Assembly: GCA_964556685.1 (NCBI GenBank)
Contig: CAZKWX010000002.1
Location: 10,541-74,540, forward strand
Origin: an uncultured Bdellovibrionales bacterium
GTDB taxonomy: Bacteria; Patescibacteriota; Minisyncoccia; Moranbacterales; DUUL01
Direction: 5' to 3'
Length of the DNA: 64,000 nucleotides
Shown: positions 6,644 through 16,370 of the stretch, one piece after another
Numbering within the stretch: position 1 is the stretch's first letter
Layout: every line of letters starts with the position of its first letter
Made by a program: the position numbers and the translations under genes
The notes under the pieces: model-generated
What the model was told of the DNA's origin: nothing
Databases searched by the model: none
What the model saw: only the letters and a program-made list of their open reading frames with translations

Positions 6644-9600
6644 ATGAAAACCGCCCAGAAAAACCTAAAAGTTCGATCAGCTTTCAGTTCACAATCGAGC
6701 CTTTCCAAGAGAAAGTTTTTTTCCAAGCAGTCAATGGTTTCTTTGCCGAATTTGATTGAGCCGCAAATGAAATCATATGAGTGGTTCATGGAAGAGGGAT
6801 TGAGAGAAATTCTTGATGAGGTATCACCGATAGAAGACTTCACAGGAAAAGAAATGGAACTTTCGTTCGGCGAGTATTATTTGGATGAACCAAAATATGA
6901 CGAAACCACAGCCAAAGAAAAAAATATTTCCTTTGATGCGCCGCTCCGAGTCAACGCTTCCCTGCTGATCAAGAAAACTGGGGAAGTGCGCGAGCAAGAA
7001 ATCTTCTTGACTGACTTCCCTTTGATGACAGACCGAGGAACTTTTATTATCAACGGCGTTGAACGTGTGGTGGTTTCTCAATTAATTCGCTCTCCGGGCG
7101 TATTTTTTACAGCTGATTATCAAAAAGGGCGAAAGCTGTTTGGAGCGAAGGTGATTCCTAATAGAGGAGCTTGGCTTGAAATTGAGACTGATATGGACGG
7201 TGCTATTTGGGCCAAAATCGATCGCAAAAGAAAAGTGCCAATCACAAGTCTTTTGCGTGTTTTTGGTTTGGAAAAAGACAGCAAAATTCTGAAGACTTTC
7301 AAGAAAGTTGATTCGGGAGAGACGTCTCACATCAGAGAAACGCTAGAAAAAGATCCAGCCAAAACTCAAGGAGAAGCTTATAAAGAAATCTATAAGCGTT
7401 TGCGACCGGGAGATTTGGCCACCGAAGAGAATGCCAAGCAGATGGTTGACTCAGTTTTCTTTAACTATGAACGCTATGACTTTGGAAAAGTGGGGCGCTA
7501 TCGGCTGAACATGCGATTGGGAATGGACAAAGACGAAAAGAAAGAAGAAAACCGATTGTTGGGACAAGATGAGTTGATCAAGATTATTGAAGAAATTGTT
7601 CAACTTAACAATAATCCAATGTCCAAGCCGGATGATATTGACCACTTGGGCAATCGAAGACTGAGAGGCGTGGGAGAATTGGTGCAAGCCAAAGTGCGAG
7701 TGGGATTGGCTCGAATGGTGCGAAACATCAAAGATCGCATGAGCACTTGTGAAGTGGAAACGGTGGTGCATGGTCAATTGATCAATCCCCGACCAGTTTC
7801 AGCTTCAATCAAAGAATTTTTTGCTTCATCTCAGCTTTCTCAGTTCATGGACCAAGTGAATCCTTTGGCTGAGTTGGAGCACAAACGTAGACTTTCTGCC
7901 ATGGGACCAGGTGGATTGACTCGAGAACGAGCCGGATTCGAGGTGCGTGACGTGCACACTTCTCACTATGGAAGAATTTGCCCGGTGCAAACTCCGGAAG
8001 GACCCAACATTGGTCTGGTGGGTCATTTGGCTTGCTATGCCAGTGTCAACGACTATGGTTTTGTGGAGACACCCTATCGAGTAGTTACCAAAGAAATTGA
8101 AAAAACTGAAAAAAATAAAGCCGTAGGAAGAATCATGGCAGAAACTGTCAAAGATAGTTCAGGAAAAATTTTGATAAGCAAAGGAGAAAAAACCACTGAA
8201 AAAACAGCTGGTCGGATTCGAAGATCAGCCAAAAAGAAAATCAAAGTAGTCCCCTTCGTGACCAAAGAAATTCAGTATCTTGATGCCACCGTTGAAGAAA
8301 AGAAAAACATTGCTCACGCTGGAATTGAAATTGACGAAGATGGAAATTTAACTGGGTCAATTGTTGAAGCCAGAGTACATGGTGAAGCTTCTACTATTGA
8401 TGCCAATGATTTGGACCACGTAGATGTATCAGCCAAGCAATGCATTTCAGTGGCCACAGCCCTGATCCCGTTTTTGGAACACGATGACGCCAACCGAGCG
8501 CTGATGGGATCAAACATGCAACGACAAGCTGTTTCTTGTGTGAAACCCCAAGCTCCTTTGGTGGGAACAGGATTGGAAGACAAAGCTGCTTCTGACTCGG
8601 GTCAAGTTGTGTTGGCTAAGGAAGATGGTCAAGTGGTTGAGGTTGATGCTGATCACATTGTCATCAAGGAAGCTGGCGGAAAAGGAAAAAAGGCCAATCG
8701 AAGAACCTATGCCCTTCAATCTTTTGCTAAATCCAATGCTTTCACCAGCATGAATCAAGTGCCCCGAGTGAAAAAGGGGCAAAAGATTAAACAAGGAGGC
8801 CTGCTAGCGGATGGAGCTTCGACTGATCACGGAGAATTGGCGCTGGGGCAAAATGCGTTAGTAGCCTTTATGCCTTGGGGAGGTTATAACTATGAAGACG
8901 CCATTATTATTTCTGAAAAATTACTTCATCAAGACTCCTATAGCTCAATTCACATTGAAGACTTTTCGATTGACGTACGTGACACAAAATTGGGCCCAGA
9001 AGTGGTGACGCGAGACATTCCCAACATTGGTGAAGACCGGCTGAAGAACTTGGACGAAACAGGAATCATTCGGATTGGGGCAGAAGTTTCTTCAGGCGAC
9101 ATTTTGATTGGAAAAGTAACTCTCAAAGGAGAAGGCGATTTGACCGCTGAAGAACGATTGCTCAGAGCGATTTTTGGTGAAAAATCTCGTGATGTGAAGG
9201 ACACTTCTTTATATCTTCCTCATGGAAAGAGCGGGAAAGTGGTTGACATCAAGATCTTTTCTCGAGAGCAAGGCGACAAACTTCCCGCCGGAGTGATTCA
9301 ACAAATTCAGATCTCTGTGGCCCAGCTACGGAAAATTTCAGTCGGTGACAAGTTGGCTGGACGCCATGGAAACAAGGGAGTTATTTCCAAAATTGCTCCA
9401 GTTGAGGATATGCCCTATTTGCCGGATGGAAGTGCGGTGGATGTGATCCTTACGCCGTTGGGTGTGCCCTCGCGTATGAATATTGGACAAATTTTTGAAA
9501 CTCATTTAGGTTGGGCCGCTGCTCAATTGGGATATAAAGCAGCCTCGCCATCACTTAGTGGTGTTTCAGAACAAGAAGTGAAAGATGAACTCAAAAAAGC

Positions 9601-10069
9601 CGGACTTCCTGAACACGGAAAAATTCAGCTGAGAAATGGACAAACCGGCCAACCATTCAGTGAAGAAACCATGGTGGGATATATGTATATTATGAAATTG
9701 AACCACTTGGTGGAAGACAAAATTCACATGCGATCCATTGGTCCATATTCTTTGATTACCCAACAGCCCTTGGGAGGAAAAGCTCAGTTTGGCGGACAGC
9801 GATTTGGAGAAATGGAGGTCTGGGCGCTGGAAGGTCACGGTGCAGCCCACACGCTGCAAGAAATGCTGACCATTAAGTCAGATGATGTTTTAGGTCGATC
9901 GCGGGCCTATGAGTCGATCATCAAGGGTGAGTCAATCAAGCCTCCAACAATTCCAGCGGCTTTCCATGTGCTGGTCAACGAGCTAAAAGCGTTGGCGCTA
10001 GATGTAAAATTGCTCAACGAAAAAGGAGAAGAGGCTCAGCCAGAGGGACCATCAGACGAGAAAAAATAG
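6644..10069 (+). CDS. rpoB: DNA-directed RNA polymerase subunit beta
   Basis: ...RKFFSKQSMVSLPNLIEPQMKSYEWF... N-terminus. Also ...GDKLAGRHGNKGVISKI... and NMQRQAV motifs. A lineage-specific insertion lies around aa 500-600. Confidence 0.95.
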   Translation: MKTAQKNLKVRSAFSSQSSLSKRKFFSKQSMVSLPNLIEPQMKSYEWFMEEGLREILDEVSPIEDFTGKEMELSFGEYYLDEPKYDETTAKEKNISFDAPLRVNASLLIKKTGEVREQEIFLTDFPLMTDRGTFIINGVERVVVSQLIRSPGVFFTADYQKGRKLFGAKVIPNRGAWLEIETDMDGAIWAKIDRKRKVPITSLLRVFGLEKDSKILKTFKKVDSGETSHIRETLEKDPAKTQGEAYKEIYKRLRPGDLATEENAKQMVDSVFFNYERYDFGKVGRYRLNMRLGMDKDEKKEENRLLGQDELIKIIEEIVQLNNNPMSKPDDIDHLGNRRLRGVGELVQAKVRVGLARMVRNIKDRMSTCEVETVVHGQLINPRPVSASIKEFFASSQLSQFMDQVNPLAELEHKRRLSAMGPGGLTRERAGFEVRDVHTSHYGRICPVQTPEGPNIGLVGHLACYASVNDYGFVETPYRVVTKEIEKTEKNKAVGRIMAETVKDSSGKILISKGEKTTEKTAGRIRRSAKKKIKVVPFVTKEIQYLDATVEEKKNIAHAGIEIDEDGNLTGSIVEARVHGEASTIDANDLDHVDVSAKQCISVATALIPFLEHDDANRALMGSNMQRQAVSCVKPQAPLVGTGLEDKAASDSGQVVLAKEDGQVVEVDADHIVIKEAGGKGKKANRRTYALQSFAKSNAFTSMNQVPRVKKGQKIKQGGLLADGASTDHGELALGQNALVAFMPWGGYNYEDAIIISEKLLHQDSYSSIHIEDFSIDVRDTKLGPEVVTRDIPNIGEDRLKNLDETGIIRIGAEVSSGDILIGKVTLKGEGDLTAEERLLRAIFGEKSRDVKDTSLYLPHGKSGKVVDIKIFSREQGDKLPAGVIQQIQISVAQLRKISVGDKLAGRHGNKGVISKIAPVEDMPYLPDGSAVDVILTPLGVPSRMNIGQIFETHLGWAAAQLGYKAASPSLSGVSEQEVKDELKKAGLPEHGKIQLRNGQTGQPFSEETMVGYMYIMKLNHLVEDKIHMRSIGPYSLITQQPLGGKAQFGGQRFGEMEVWALEGHGAAHTLQEMLTIKSDDVLGRSRAYESIIKGESIKPPTIPAAFHVLVNELKALALDVKLLNEKGEEAQPEGPSDEKK

Positions 10070-10112
10070 GATTTAGATTGCTAGAATAATTGTAATCATT
10101 ACGATAAAAATC

Positions 10113-10203
10113 GACAAAGGCAGTATTATTTTCACGCATAAGTTTGCTTCGGGATTGAGTCTTGAAGGTGCAAACTTGGCGAGAAAATAACACCGCCTTT
10201 GTC
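10113..10203 (+). promoter_or_regulatory. conserved structured leader element, copy 2 (upstream of rpoC)
   Basis: Same core as copy 1. In addition it is enclosed by the outer inverted repeat gacaaaggc (10113) / gcctttgtc (10195). Confidence 0.65.
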
Positions 10204-10244
10204 TCCAAGAATGTATTTTATACAAAATACCTAACACTAACCCT

Positions 10245-13200
10245 ATGCAACAAGAAGGTATCACCAAAATTTCTGATTTTAACGCTGTGCAATTGAAAGT
10301 CGCTTCACCCGATACAATTTTAGATTGGTCCAATGGCGAAATTCTGCGACCTGAAACAATCAACTATCGAACTCAACGTTTTGAAAAGGACGGGCTTTTC
10401 TGTGAAAAGATTTTTGGTCCAGCCAAAGACTGGGAATGTTATTGTGGAAAGTATAAAAGGATTCGTTATAAAGGTATTGTTTGTGACAAATGTGGCGTGG
10501 AAGTGACCAAGTCAATTGTGCGAAGAGAACGTATGGGCCATATTGGTTTGGCCGTGCCAGTCTCTCACATCTGGTTTTTGAGAGGCGTGCCCTCAAGAAT
10601 TGGATTGACTTTGGACATGTCGATACAGGAACTGGAAAAAGTGATCTATTTTGCCGGTTATATTATTATTTCTGTCGACGAGGAAGCTCGAAAAGAGTCA
10701 CTCAAGAGTTTGGAGAAAGAAAAAAAAGTCGCACTGAAAGAAGCTGAAAGCACAGCAGAAAAGGAAAGAATCAAAAAAACTTTTCAGGAATCCAAAGACG
10801 GACTTCGCGGTCTGGCCGAAAAGCAAACGCTTTCAGAAGTGGATTATCACAAAGTTTCAATGAAATTTGGTCACGTTTTTGAAGCTTCCATTGGAGCTGA
10901 AGCAATTGAAAAGCTGCTCAAAGAAGTTGATTTGAAAAAAGAAATCAGAAAGATCAAAGATAAAATGGAAAAAGGCAAAGGAGCGGACAAGAAAAGGCTA
11001 GCTAAACGACTCAAGCTGATGTCTGGATTTGTTAAGTCAGGAATTAATCCAAGCTGGCTGATGCTCAGAGTGGTGCCAGTGATTCCTCCTGATTTGCGAC
11101 CAATGGTGCAACTCAATGGAGGTCGTTTTGCTACATCTGACCTCAATGACCTTTATCGAAGAATTATCAATCGAAACAATCGATTGAAAAAACTGATTGA
11201 ATTGGGCGCTCCAGAAGTTATTCAAAGAAATGAGAAAAGAATGCTTCAGGAAGCGGTGGACGCATTGATTGACAACAATGCTCGAAGAAGTCAGGCCCAA
11301 GTGGCGGCTTCCACTGGACAGCGAAGAGCTCTCAAATCTGTCTCTGATATGCTCAAAGGAAAGCAGGGACGTTTTCGACAAAACCTTTTGGGTAAACGCG
11401 TTGACTATTCCGGTCGAAGTGTGATTGTAGTAGGGCCAGAATTGAAACTTCACCAGTGCGGAATTCCTAAGAAAATGGCTTTGGAATTGTTCAAGCCTTT
11501 CATTATCAATAAGTTGATTGAAGGAGAACATGCTCACAATGTTCGAACAGCCGGTCGGATGGTGGATGCGGAAAAGGAAGAGGCCTATGAAATGTTGGAT
11601 GACATCATTGATCATCACTATGTGTTGCTCAATCGTGCCCCGACTCTTCACCGACTCTCTATTCAAGCTTTTCAGCCGGTGCTGATTGAGGGGAAAGCTA
11701 TCCGAATTCATCCTTTAGTATGTTCAGCTTTTAATGCTGACTTCGATGGTGACCAAATGGCGGTTCATGTTCCGCTGACTAGGAAGGCGCGATTGGAAAG
11801 CGCTGAGTTAATGCTTTCTTCTAGGAACTTGCTCAAGCCTGCCAGTGGTGATCCAATCACAGTTCCATCTCAAGACATTGTGTTGGGAGTATACTACATG
11901 ACCAAAGCGATTGATGGTCTCAAAGGAGAAGGAAAAGCCTTCGGAAACATTGATGAAATAATTGGAGCCTATCAAATGGAGCTGATTGATTTGCGTGCCA
12001 AGATCAGGCTATATCGGAACAGCAAGGAAGTTGAAACTACAGCTGGTCGAGCACTTTTGAATGACATTTTGCCTGAAAAAATGCGCTACATCAACGAAGA
12101 GATGACCAAGGGAAGTCTCAAAAAATTGGTAGCGGAATTTTTACAAACAGGTGGAACTGAAAAAGCAGCCATTTTCGTTGATAAACTGAAAGCTCTTGGA
12201 TTCAAATATATTACTCGATCTGGAATCAGTTTGGGTATGGATGATTTCGAAGAGCCTAAAGACAAACATAAGATTTTTGAAGAAGCTGACAAACAAGTGG
12301 AAGAAATTCATAATCAATACGATGCCGGACTTTTGACTGACGAAGAACGAAAAACACGCGTAATTGAAATTTGGAATGAAACTAAGAATAAAGTTACTGA
12401 AGAGGTAAAACGGGCAATTAATCCTGGAGGACCAATTCATGCCATGATCCATTCCAAAGCTCGCGGTTCTGAGGCAGTGGTGGTGCAAATGTCTGGAATG
12501 AAAGGATTGGTGGCGGGTCCAACTGGTGAAACAATTGAACTTCCAATCAAAGGATCTTTGAAAGGTGGCTATAATGTTTTGGAATATTTCAGCTCAACTC
12601 ACGGTGCTCGAAAAGGTATGGCTGACACGGCTTTGAGAACAGCGACTGCTGGATATCTTACTCGAAGGTTGGTGGATGTGAGTCAGGATGTAGTGATTCG
12701 AGAAGAAGATTGCAAAGACAAAGAAGGTGCCTATATTTATCGACAAGACTCAGAGCAAATTGGACAAAGTTTCACTGATCGAATCGAAGGTCGAGTAGTA
12801 GTCGAAGATGTGATGTTGCCTCACGGCAAAAAACCACTGGTTGGAAAAGGAGAGATGATTTCTATTGAGCAAGCTGCAATGATTGAGGAAAAAGAAGTTG
12901 AAAAGATTAAGATCAGAAACTTGGTGACTTGCAAAACCAAACGAGGAATTTGCCAGAAATGCTATGGAAAAGATTTGGGACGCAATGACACAGTGGCCCT
13001 TGGTCAAGCGGTGGGAATTGTGGCCGCTCAAGCGATTGGTGAGCCAGGAACACAGCTGACCATGCGTACCTTCCACATTGGCGGTGTGGCCGGAACTGAC
13101 ATTACTCAGGGTCTTCCTCGAGTAGATGAAATCTTCGAAGCCCGAAGCCCGAAAGGTGAAGCGGTGGTGGCTGAATTTGATGGAAAAGTTGAAGAAGTGG

Positions 13201-13841
13201 AAGAAAATACTAAGCAGAAGATTATCAAAATTTCCAAGCCGCCTCAAGGTCGATCAAAGAAAATTGACATCAAGGAATATACAATTCCAGCTGTGATGAA
13301 TGTTAAAGTTAACAAAGGAGATTTGATTTCTCAAGGAGATGTGCTCTCTGAAGGACATATCGATTTGAAAAAGCTGTTCAAGATTAGTGGTCGGGAAGCT
13401 GTGCAGCGATATATCATTCGTGAAGTTCAAGAAATTTATCAAACTCAGGGAGAGGGGATTGATGATAAACACATTGAAATCATCATTCGACAAATGATTT
13501 CTCGGGTGACCATTTCAGAGCCAGGCGACACGGAGTTCCTTAACGGTGACATTGTAGAATATGAAAAATTCATGGAAGTTAATGAAGAGACCAAGAAAAC
13601 TAATAAGCAAGAAGCAGTGGGTGAACGGATGGTTTTGGGAATTTCAAAAGTGGCTCTTTCGACTGACAGTTTCCTTTCTGCCGCTTCTTTTCAAGAAACC
13701 GCTCGAGTTTTGATTGATGCTTCAACTCAAGGCAAAGTGGATCACCTAAGAGGGTTGAAAGAAAATGTGATTATTGGAAAGCTGATCCCGGCTGGAACTG
13801 GCTATGCAAGATCAACTGTTTTGGAGTCAAAAAAAGAATAG
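10245..13841 (+). CDS. rpoC: DNA-directed RNA polymerase subunit beta'
   Basis: Zinc-binding CxxC...CxxC near the N-terminus (CEKIFGP...CYCGKY...CDKCGVEVT) and the NADFDGDQMAVHVPL catalytic motif. Confidence 0.95.
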   Translation: MQQEGITKISDFNAVQLKVASPDTILDWSNGEILRPETINYRTQRFEKDGLFCEKIFGPAKDWECYCGKYKRIRYKGIVCDKCGVEVTKSIVRRERMGHIGLAVPVSHIWFLRGVPSRIGLTLDMSIQELEKVIYFAGYIIISVDEEARKESLKSLEKEKKVALKEAESTAEKERIKKTFQESKDGLRGLAEKQTLSEVDYHKVSMKFGHVFEASIGAEAIEKLLKEVDLKKEIRKIKDKMEKGKGADKKRLAKRLKLMSGFVKSGINPSWLMLRVVPVIPPDLRPMVQLNGGRFATSDLNDLYRRIINRNNRLKKLIELGAPEVIQRNEKRMLQEAVDALIDNNARRSQAQVAASTGQRRALKSVSDMLKGKQGRFRQNLLGKRVDYSGRSVIVVGPELKLHQCGIPKKMALELFKPFIINKLIEGEHAHNVRTAGRMVDAEKEEAYEMLDDIIDHHYVLLNRAPTLHRLSIQAFQPVLIEGKAIRIHPLVCSAFNADFDGDQMAVHVPLTRKARLESAELMLSSRNLLKPASGDPITVPSQDIVLGVYYMTKAIDGLKGEGKAFGNIDEIIGAYQMELIDLRAKIRLYRNSKEVETTAGRALLNDILPEKMRYINEEMTKGSLKKLVAEFLQTGGTEKAAIFVDKLKALGFKYITRSGISLGMDDFEEPKDKHKIFEEADKQVEEIHNQYDAGLLTDEERKTRVIEIWNETKNKVTEEVKRAINPGGPIHAMIHSKARGSEAVVVQMSGMKGLVAGPTGETIELPIKGSLKGGYNVLEYFSSTHGARKGMADTALRTATAGYLTRRLVDVSQDVVIREEDCKDKEGAYIYRQDSEQIGQSFTDRIEGRVVVEDVMLPHGKKPLVGKGEMISIEQAAMIEEKEVEKIKIRNLVTCKTKRGICQKCYGKDLGRNDTVALGQAVGIVAAQAIGEPGTQLTMRTFHIGGVAGTDITQGLPRVDEIFEARSPKGEAVVAEFDGKVEEVEENTKQKIIKISKPPQGRSKKIDIKEYTIPAVMNVKVNKGDLISQGDVLSEGHIDLKKLFKISGREAVQRYIIREVQEIYQTQGEGIDDKHIEIIIRQMISRVTISEPGDTEFLNGDIVEYEKFMEVNEETKKTNKQEAVGERMVLGISKVALSTDSFLSAASFQETARVLIDASTQGKVDHLRGLKENVIIGKLIPAGTGYARSTVLESKKE

Positions 13842-13857
13842 AAAATTTCTTATAACA

Positions 13858-13953
13858 AAAAATCCCGCATCGGCGGGGTTTTTTGTTGTAGTCAACCACC
13901 CCTGCGATCCCGCTTGGCGGGATCTTTCCCCTCCTTTCCAAGGAGGGGATTAA
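13858..13953. terminator. bidirectional terminator cluster between convergent rpoC and rpsT
   Basis: aaaaaatcccgcatcggcggggttttttg is a hairpin plus T-run for the + strand. Further hairpins are gatcccgcttggcgggatc and cccctcctttccaaggagggg. Confidence 0.6.
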
Positions 13954-13962
13954 GGGGAGGTC

Positions 13963-14238
13963 CTATTTCTTTTTTGTGTCCATTTTCTTAATCTTGTTAA
14001 CTAGACGGGATTTTTTTCGAGCGGCAGCGTTCTTTTTGATTACTTTAGCCTTAGCAGCCTTATCGAGAGCTTTTTGTGCTTCCTTGAAAGTTTCCTGGGC
14101 TTCTTTTTTCTTTCCTGCTTTGGTCAAATCTTCAACTTTTCGAACAGCAGCGCGAAACGCTTTTTTATAGGCGTTGTTTCGCGAAGTGTTCTTGGCAGTC
14201 ACTTTGATGTATTTCTTGGCTGATTTGGTGTTTGGCAT
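13963..14238 (-). CDS. rpsT: 30S ribosomal protein S20
   Basis: MPNTKSAKKYIKVTAKNTSRNNAYKKAFRAAVRKVEDLTKAGKKKEA... is a typical S20. Confidence 0.92.
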   Translation of the reverse strand: MPNTKSAKKYIKVTAKNTSRNNAYKKAFRAAVRKVEDLTKAGKKKEAQETFKEAQKALDKAAKAKVIKKNAAARKKSRLVNKIKKMDTKKK

Positions 14239-14605
14239 TTCTCTACTAATTATGAATTTCGTACGAATATACGAATGTACGAATATCGCATAAAATATAG
14301 AATAAGTTATAGAATCTATTTAAAACTATCAATCAATCTAGCATGGACTAGCGAATTTGTAAAGCGCATAGCGCTGGTATTACGTATAAAGTATTAGGTA
14401 TTATGTATACAATGAATTAGCGAGATTTAATATTTTCCTTTATACTTAATGTGTGTTTGGACTGATGAAATAATCATTTTTTTGCTGAATTTCGAAACCT
14501 TATTATTCTTCAAGCTGGTTTCTCAATTGTTGCTCAAAAATAATTATTCCATCAGCGTTGAGTTTTTATACTTAATACATGATACGTTATACATAATACA
14601 TAGCA

Positions 14606-15175
14606 ATGATTGGCAAACTGAAAGGGAAAATTGATTTAATTTATGATGGATACGTCATTATAGACGTAAGCGGTGTTGGCTATCGAGTTTTTATGACGGA
14701 TGTTTCGTTGGGGAAAATTGCTAAGAAAGACGAAATAAAGTTATTCATACATACTAACGTGCGAGAAGATCACATCACGCTTTATGGTTTTGAAAAAGCC
14801 GATGAATTGGAAATATTTGAACTATTGCTTTCCATTTCAGGTGTGGGACCCAAAGCCGGCTTAGGAATTCTTTCCATTGCCACTCCGGCTACAATCAAAA
14901 ATGCTATTTTGAAAGAAGATTCAACGATATTAACCAAAGTTTCTGGGATTGGGAAGAAAACCGCCGAAAGAGTTATTCTGGAACTGAGAAATAAAATTGA
15001 AGATCTTCCCATCAAGGATAAAAAAGAGGCTCAAACGGGCCAAGATGTGGTCGAAGCACTAATGGGCATGGGCTATTCTGCTGCTGAAGCCCGAGAAGCG
15101 CTCAGAGCAGTTCCCAAGGATGTGGACGATGAATCAGAAAAAATTAAATTTGCCTTGAAGGCCATGAAGAAGTAA
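14606..15175 (+). CDS. ruvA: Holliday junction branch migration protein RuvA
   Basis: MIGKLKGKIDLIYDGYVIIDVSGVGYRVFMT... OB-fold N-terminus. HhH motifs GVGPKAGLGIL and SGIGKKTAERVI. Confidence 0.9.
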   Translation: MIGKLKGKIDLIYDGYVIIDVSGVGYRVFMTDVSLGKIAKKDEIKLFIHTNVREDHITLYGFEKADELEIFELLLSISGVGPKAGLGILSIATPATIKNAILKEDSTILTKVSGIGKKTAERVILELRNKIEDLPIKDKKEAQTGQDVVEALMGMGYSAAEAREALRAVPKDVDDESEKIKFALKAMKK

Positions 15176-15231
15176 AATAGTATCTAGTATCCTGTATTAT
15201 GTATGAATTCGTCTAAGGGCGATTTTTTTGT

Positions 15232-15273
15232 TTGAAAAATAATAGGCGACTTTCATGATAGGAGAGTCGCCTG
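15232..15273 (-). terminator. rho-independent terminator for the minus-strand ORF ending at 15253
   Basis: ggcgact (15245-15251) pairs with agtcgcc (15266-15272). On the minus strand the hairpin is followed by tattattttt. Confidence 0.45.
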
Positions 15274-15477
15274 AAGGTTGGTTAGTTGAAGTTTTTCAAA
15301 CCTATTCCTCATCCTGAGAACACTTGCGAAATGATGCCCTGTCATTCGACGGATTTCCTTTACAATTTCGGCATGGCGAATTCCCGCCTTGATAAGATCG
15401 GGATGCATAGCTGCACCAGGAACAAGTCTGTGTTTTGATTGGTTTTTTTTCTGAATTTTGAAACATTTTTCCTCCAA
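15253..15477 (-). CDS. hypothetical small protein; possibly the C-terminal remnant of a frameshifted gene (overlapping ORFs to 15666)
   Basis: The open frame has its own terminator. Three overlapping minus-strand ORFs (15253-15477, 15360-15593, 15481-15666) in different frames suggest a degraded locus. Confidence 0.3.
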   Translation of the reverse strand: MEEKCFKIQKKNQSKHRLVPGAAMHPDLIKAGIRHAEIVKEIRRMTGHHFASVLRMRNRFEKLQLTNLQATLLS

Positions 15478-15789
15478 GTGTTACCGACTATAGTACTCCA
15501 ATCTGTGATTAAGTTTTTCTTTCCAAGAAAGAGATTCCCACCAATGCCTACTAATCTCCCAGGGCTTAATGAGGTTAACATAACCATCACCAAGTTTACA
15601 CAGAAATATCAAAACCTGAAGACCAATGAAAAACCAACATGTTCCAAGAAAAAATTTTTCAAACATTTAATCTTCCTCCTTTATTGGTTAATTATTGTTC
15701 AAATCTGATTTTAAAAGACCTATGAATCTTATTTACTATTTGAAAATATTTAAATTCTTTTTATTTTTTTACGCAACGTTAATTAAGAT

Positions 15790-16239
15790 TCAAGAATTTT
15801 CTGGTGGCTTATTGCCATGCCTATCTCGATATTTTAATAAGTTTGACTGGCTAACTAAGCTGATAGAGTCTAAGTCAATATCTTGCAAGTTGACCCACTT
15901 AATTTCATCAATTTTATGTGGTTCCATTACTTTCGGTTCGCCAGATACATATTTAGCCACATATGATGGCGCTACCCAATGTTGTTTCTCGTCTGGTATG
16001 AGATGATCAGCCACCTCGATGAGTTCAAGCACCTCAATGTCAATATCAAACTCTTCTTTAATCTCACGCTTAAGTCCATCTTCACATTTTTCATTAAAAT
16101 TCAACGAACCACCAGGGAATTCCCATTTGCCTTTTTCATTTCTTGCATCGCGACCTCTTTTAGCAAGTAGAATCTTACCTTCATTATTAAAGACAATGGC
16201 TCCAACTCCGACACCAATGTAATCTACTCCTTTTAGCAT
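15790..16239 (-). CDS. NUDIX hydrolase (MutT-like)
   Basis: Nudix box GGSLNFNEKCEDGLKREIKEEFDI (Gx5Ex7REUxEExGU pattern). Confidence 0.85.
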   Translation of the reverse strand: MLKGVDYIGVGVGAIVFNNEGKILLAKRGRDARNEKGKWEFPGGSLNFNEKCEDGLKREIKEEFDIDIEVLELIEVADHLIPDEKQHWVAPSYVAKYVSGEPKVMEPHKIDEIKWVNLQDIDLDSISLVSQSNLLKYRDRHGNKPPENS

Positions 16240-16370
16240 AAATGTAGTTTAGCGTATAAAAAATTTATAAATTTTAGCTAGCATTTTAAAATGTCTGAAA
16301 ATATGCTAATTTTATTTAAGAAGCGGTATTTTCATTATAGCAGTGCAAAAGTGGTTTAAGCAACAATTTT

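Noticed and set aside
10360-11711. Antisense ORFs within rpoC and rpoB (for example 11037-11711 at 224 aa, 9566-9859)
   Set aside because: They are fully embedded in strongly supported genes on the opposite strand, with no RBS or conservation signal. They are typical shadow ORFs.
15381-15391. Third copy of the cassette hairpin H (shared 11-mer attcccgcctt)
   Set aside because: Only 11 nt are shared, and the flanking sequence does not align with H1/H2. Possibly a remnant, but unsupported.
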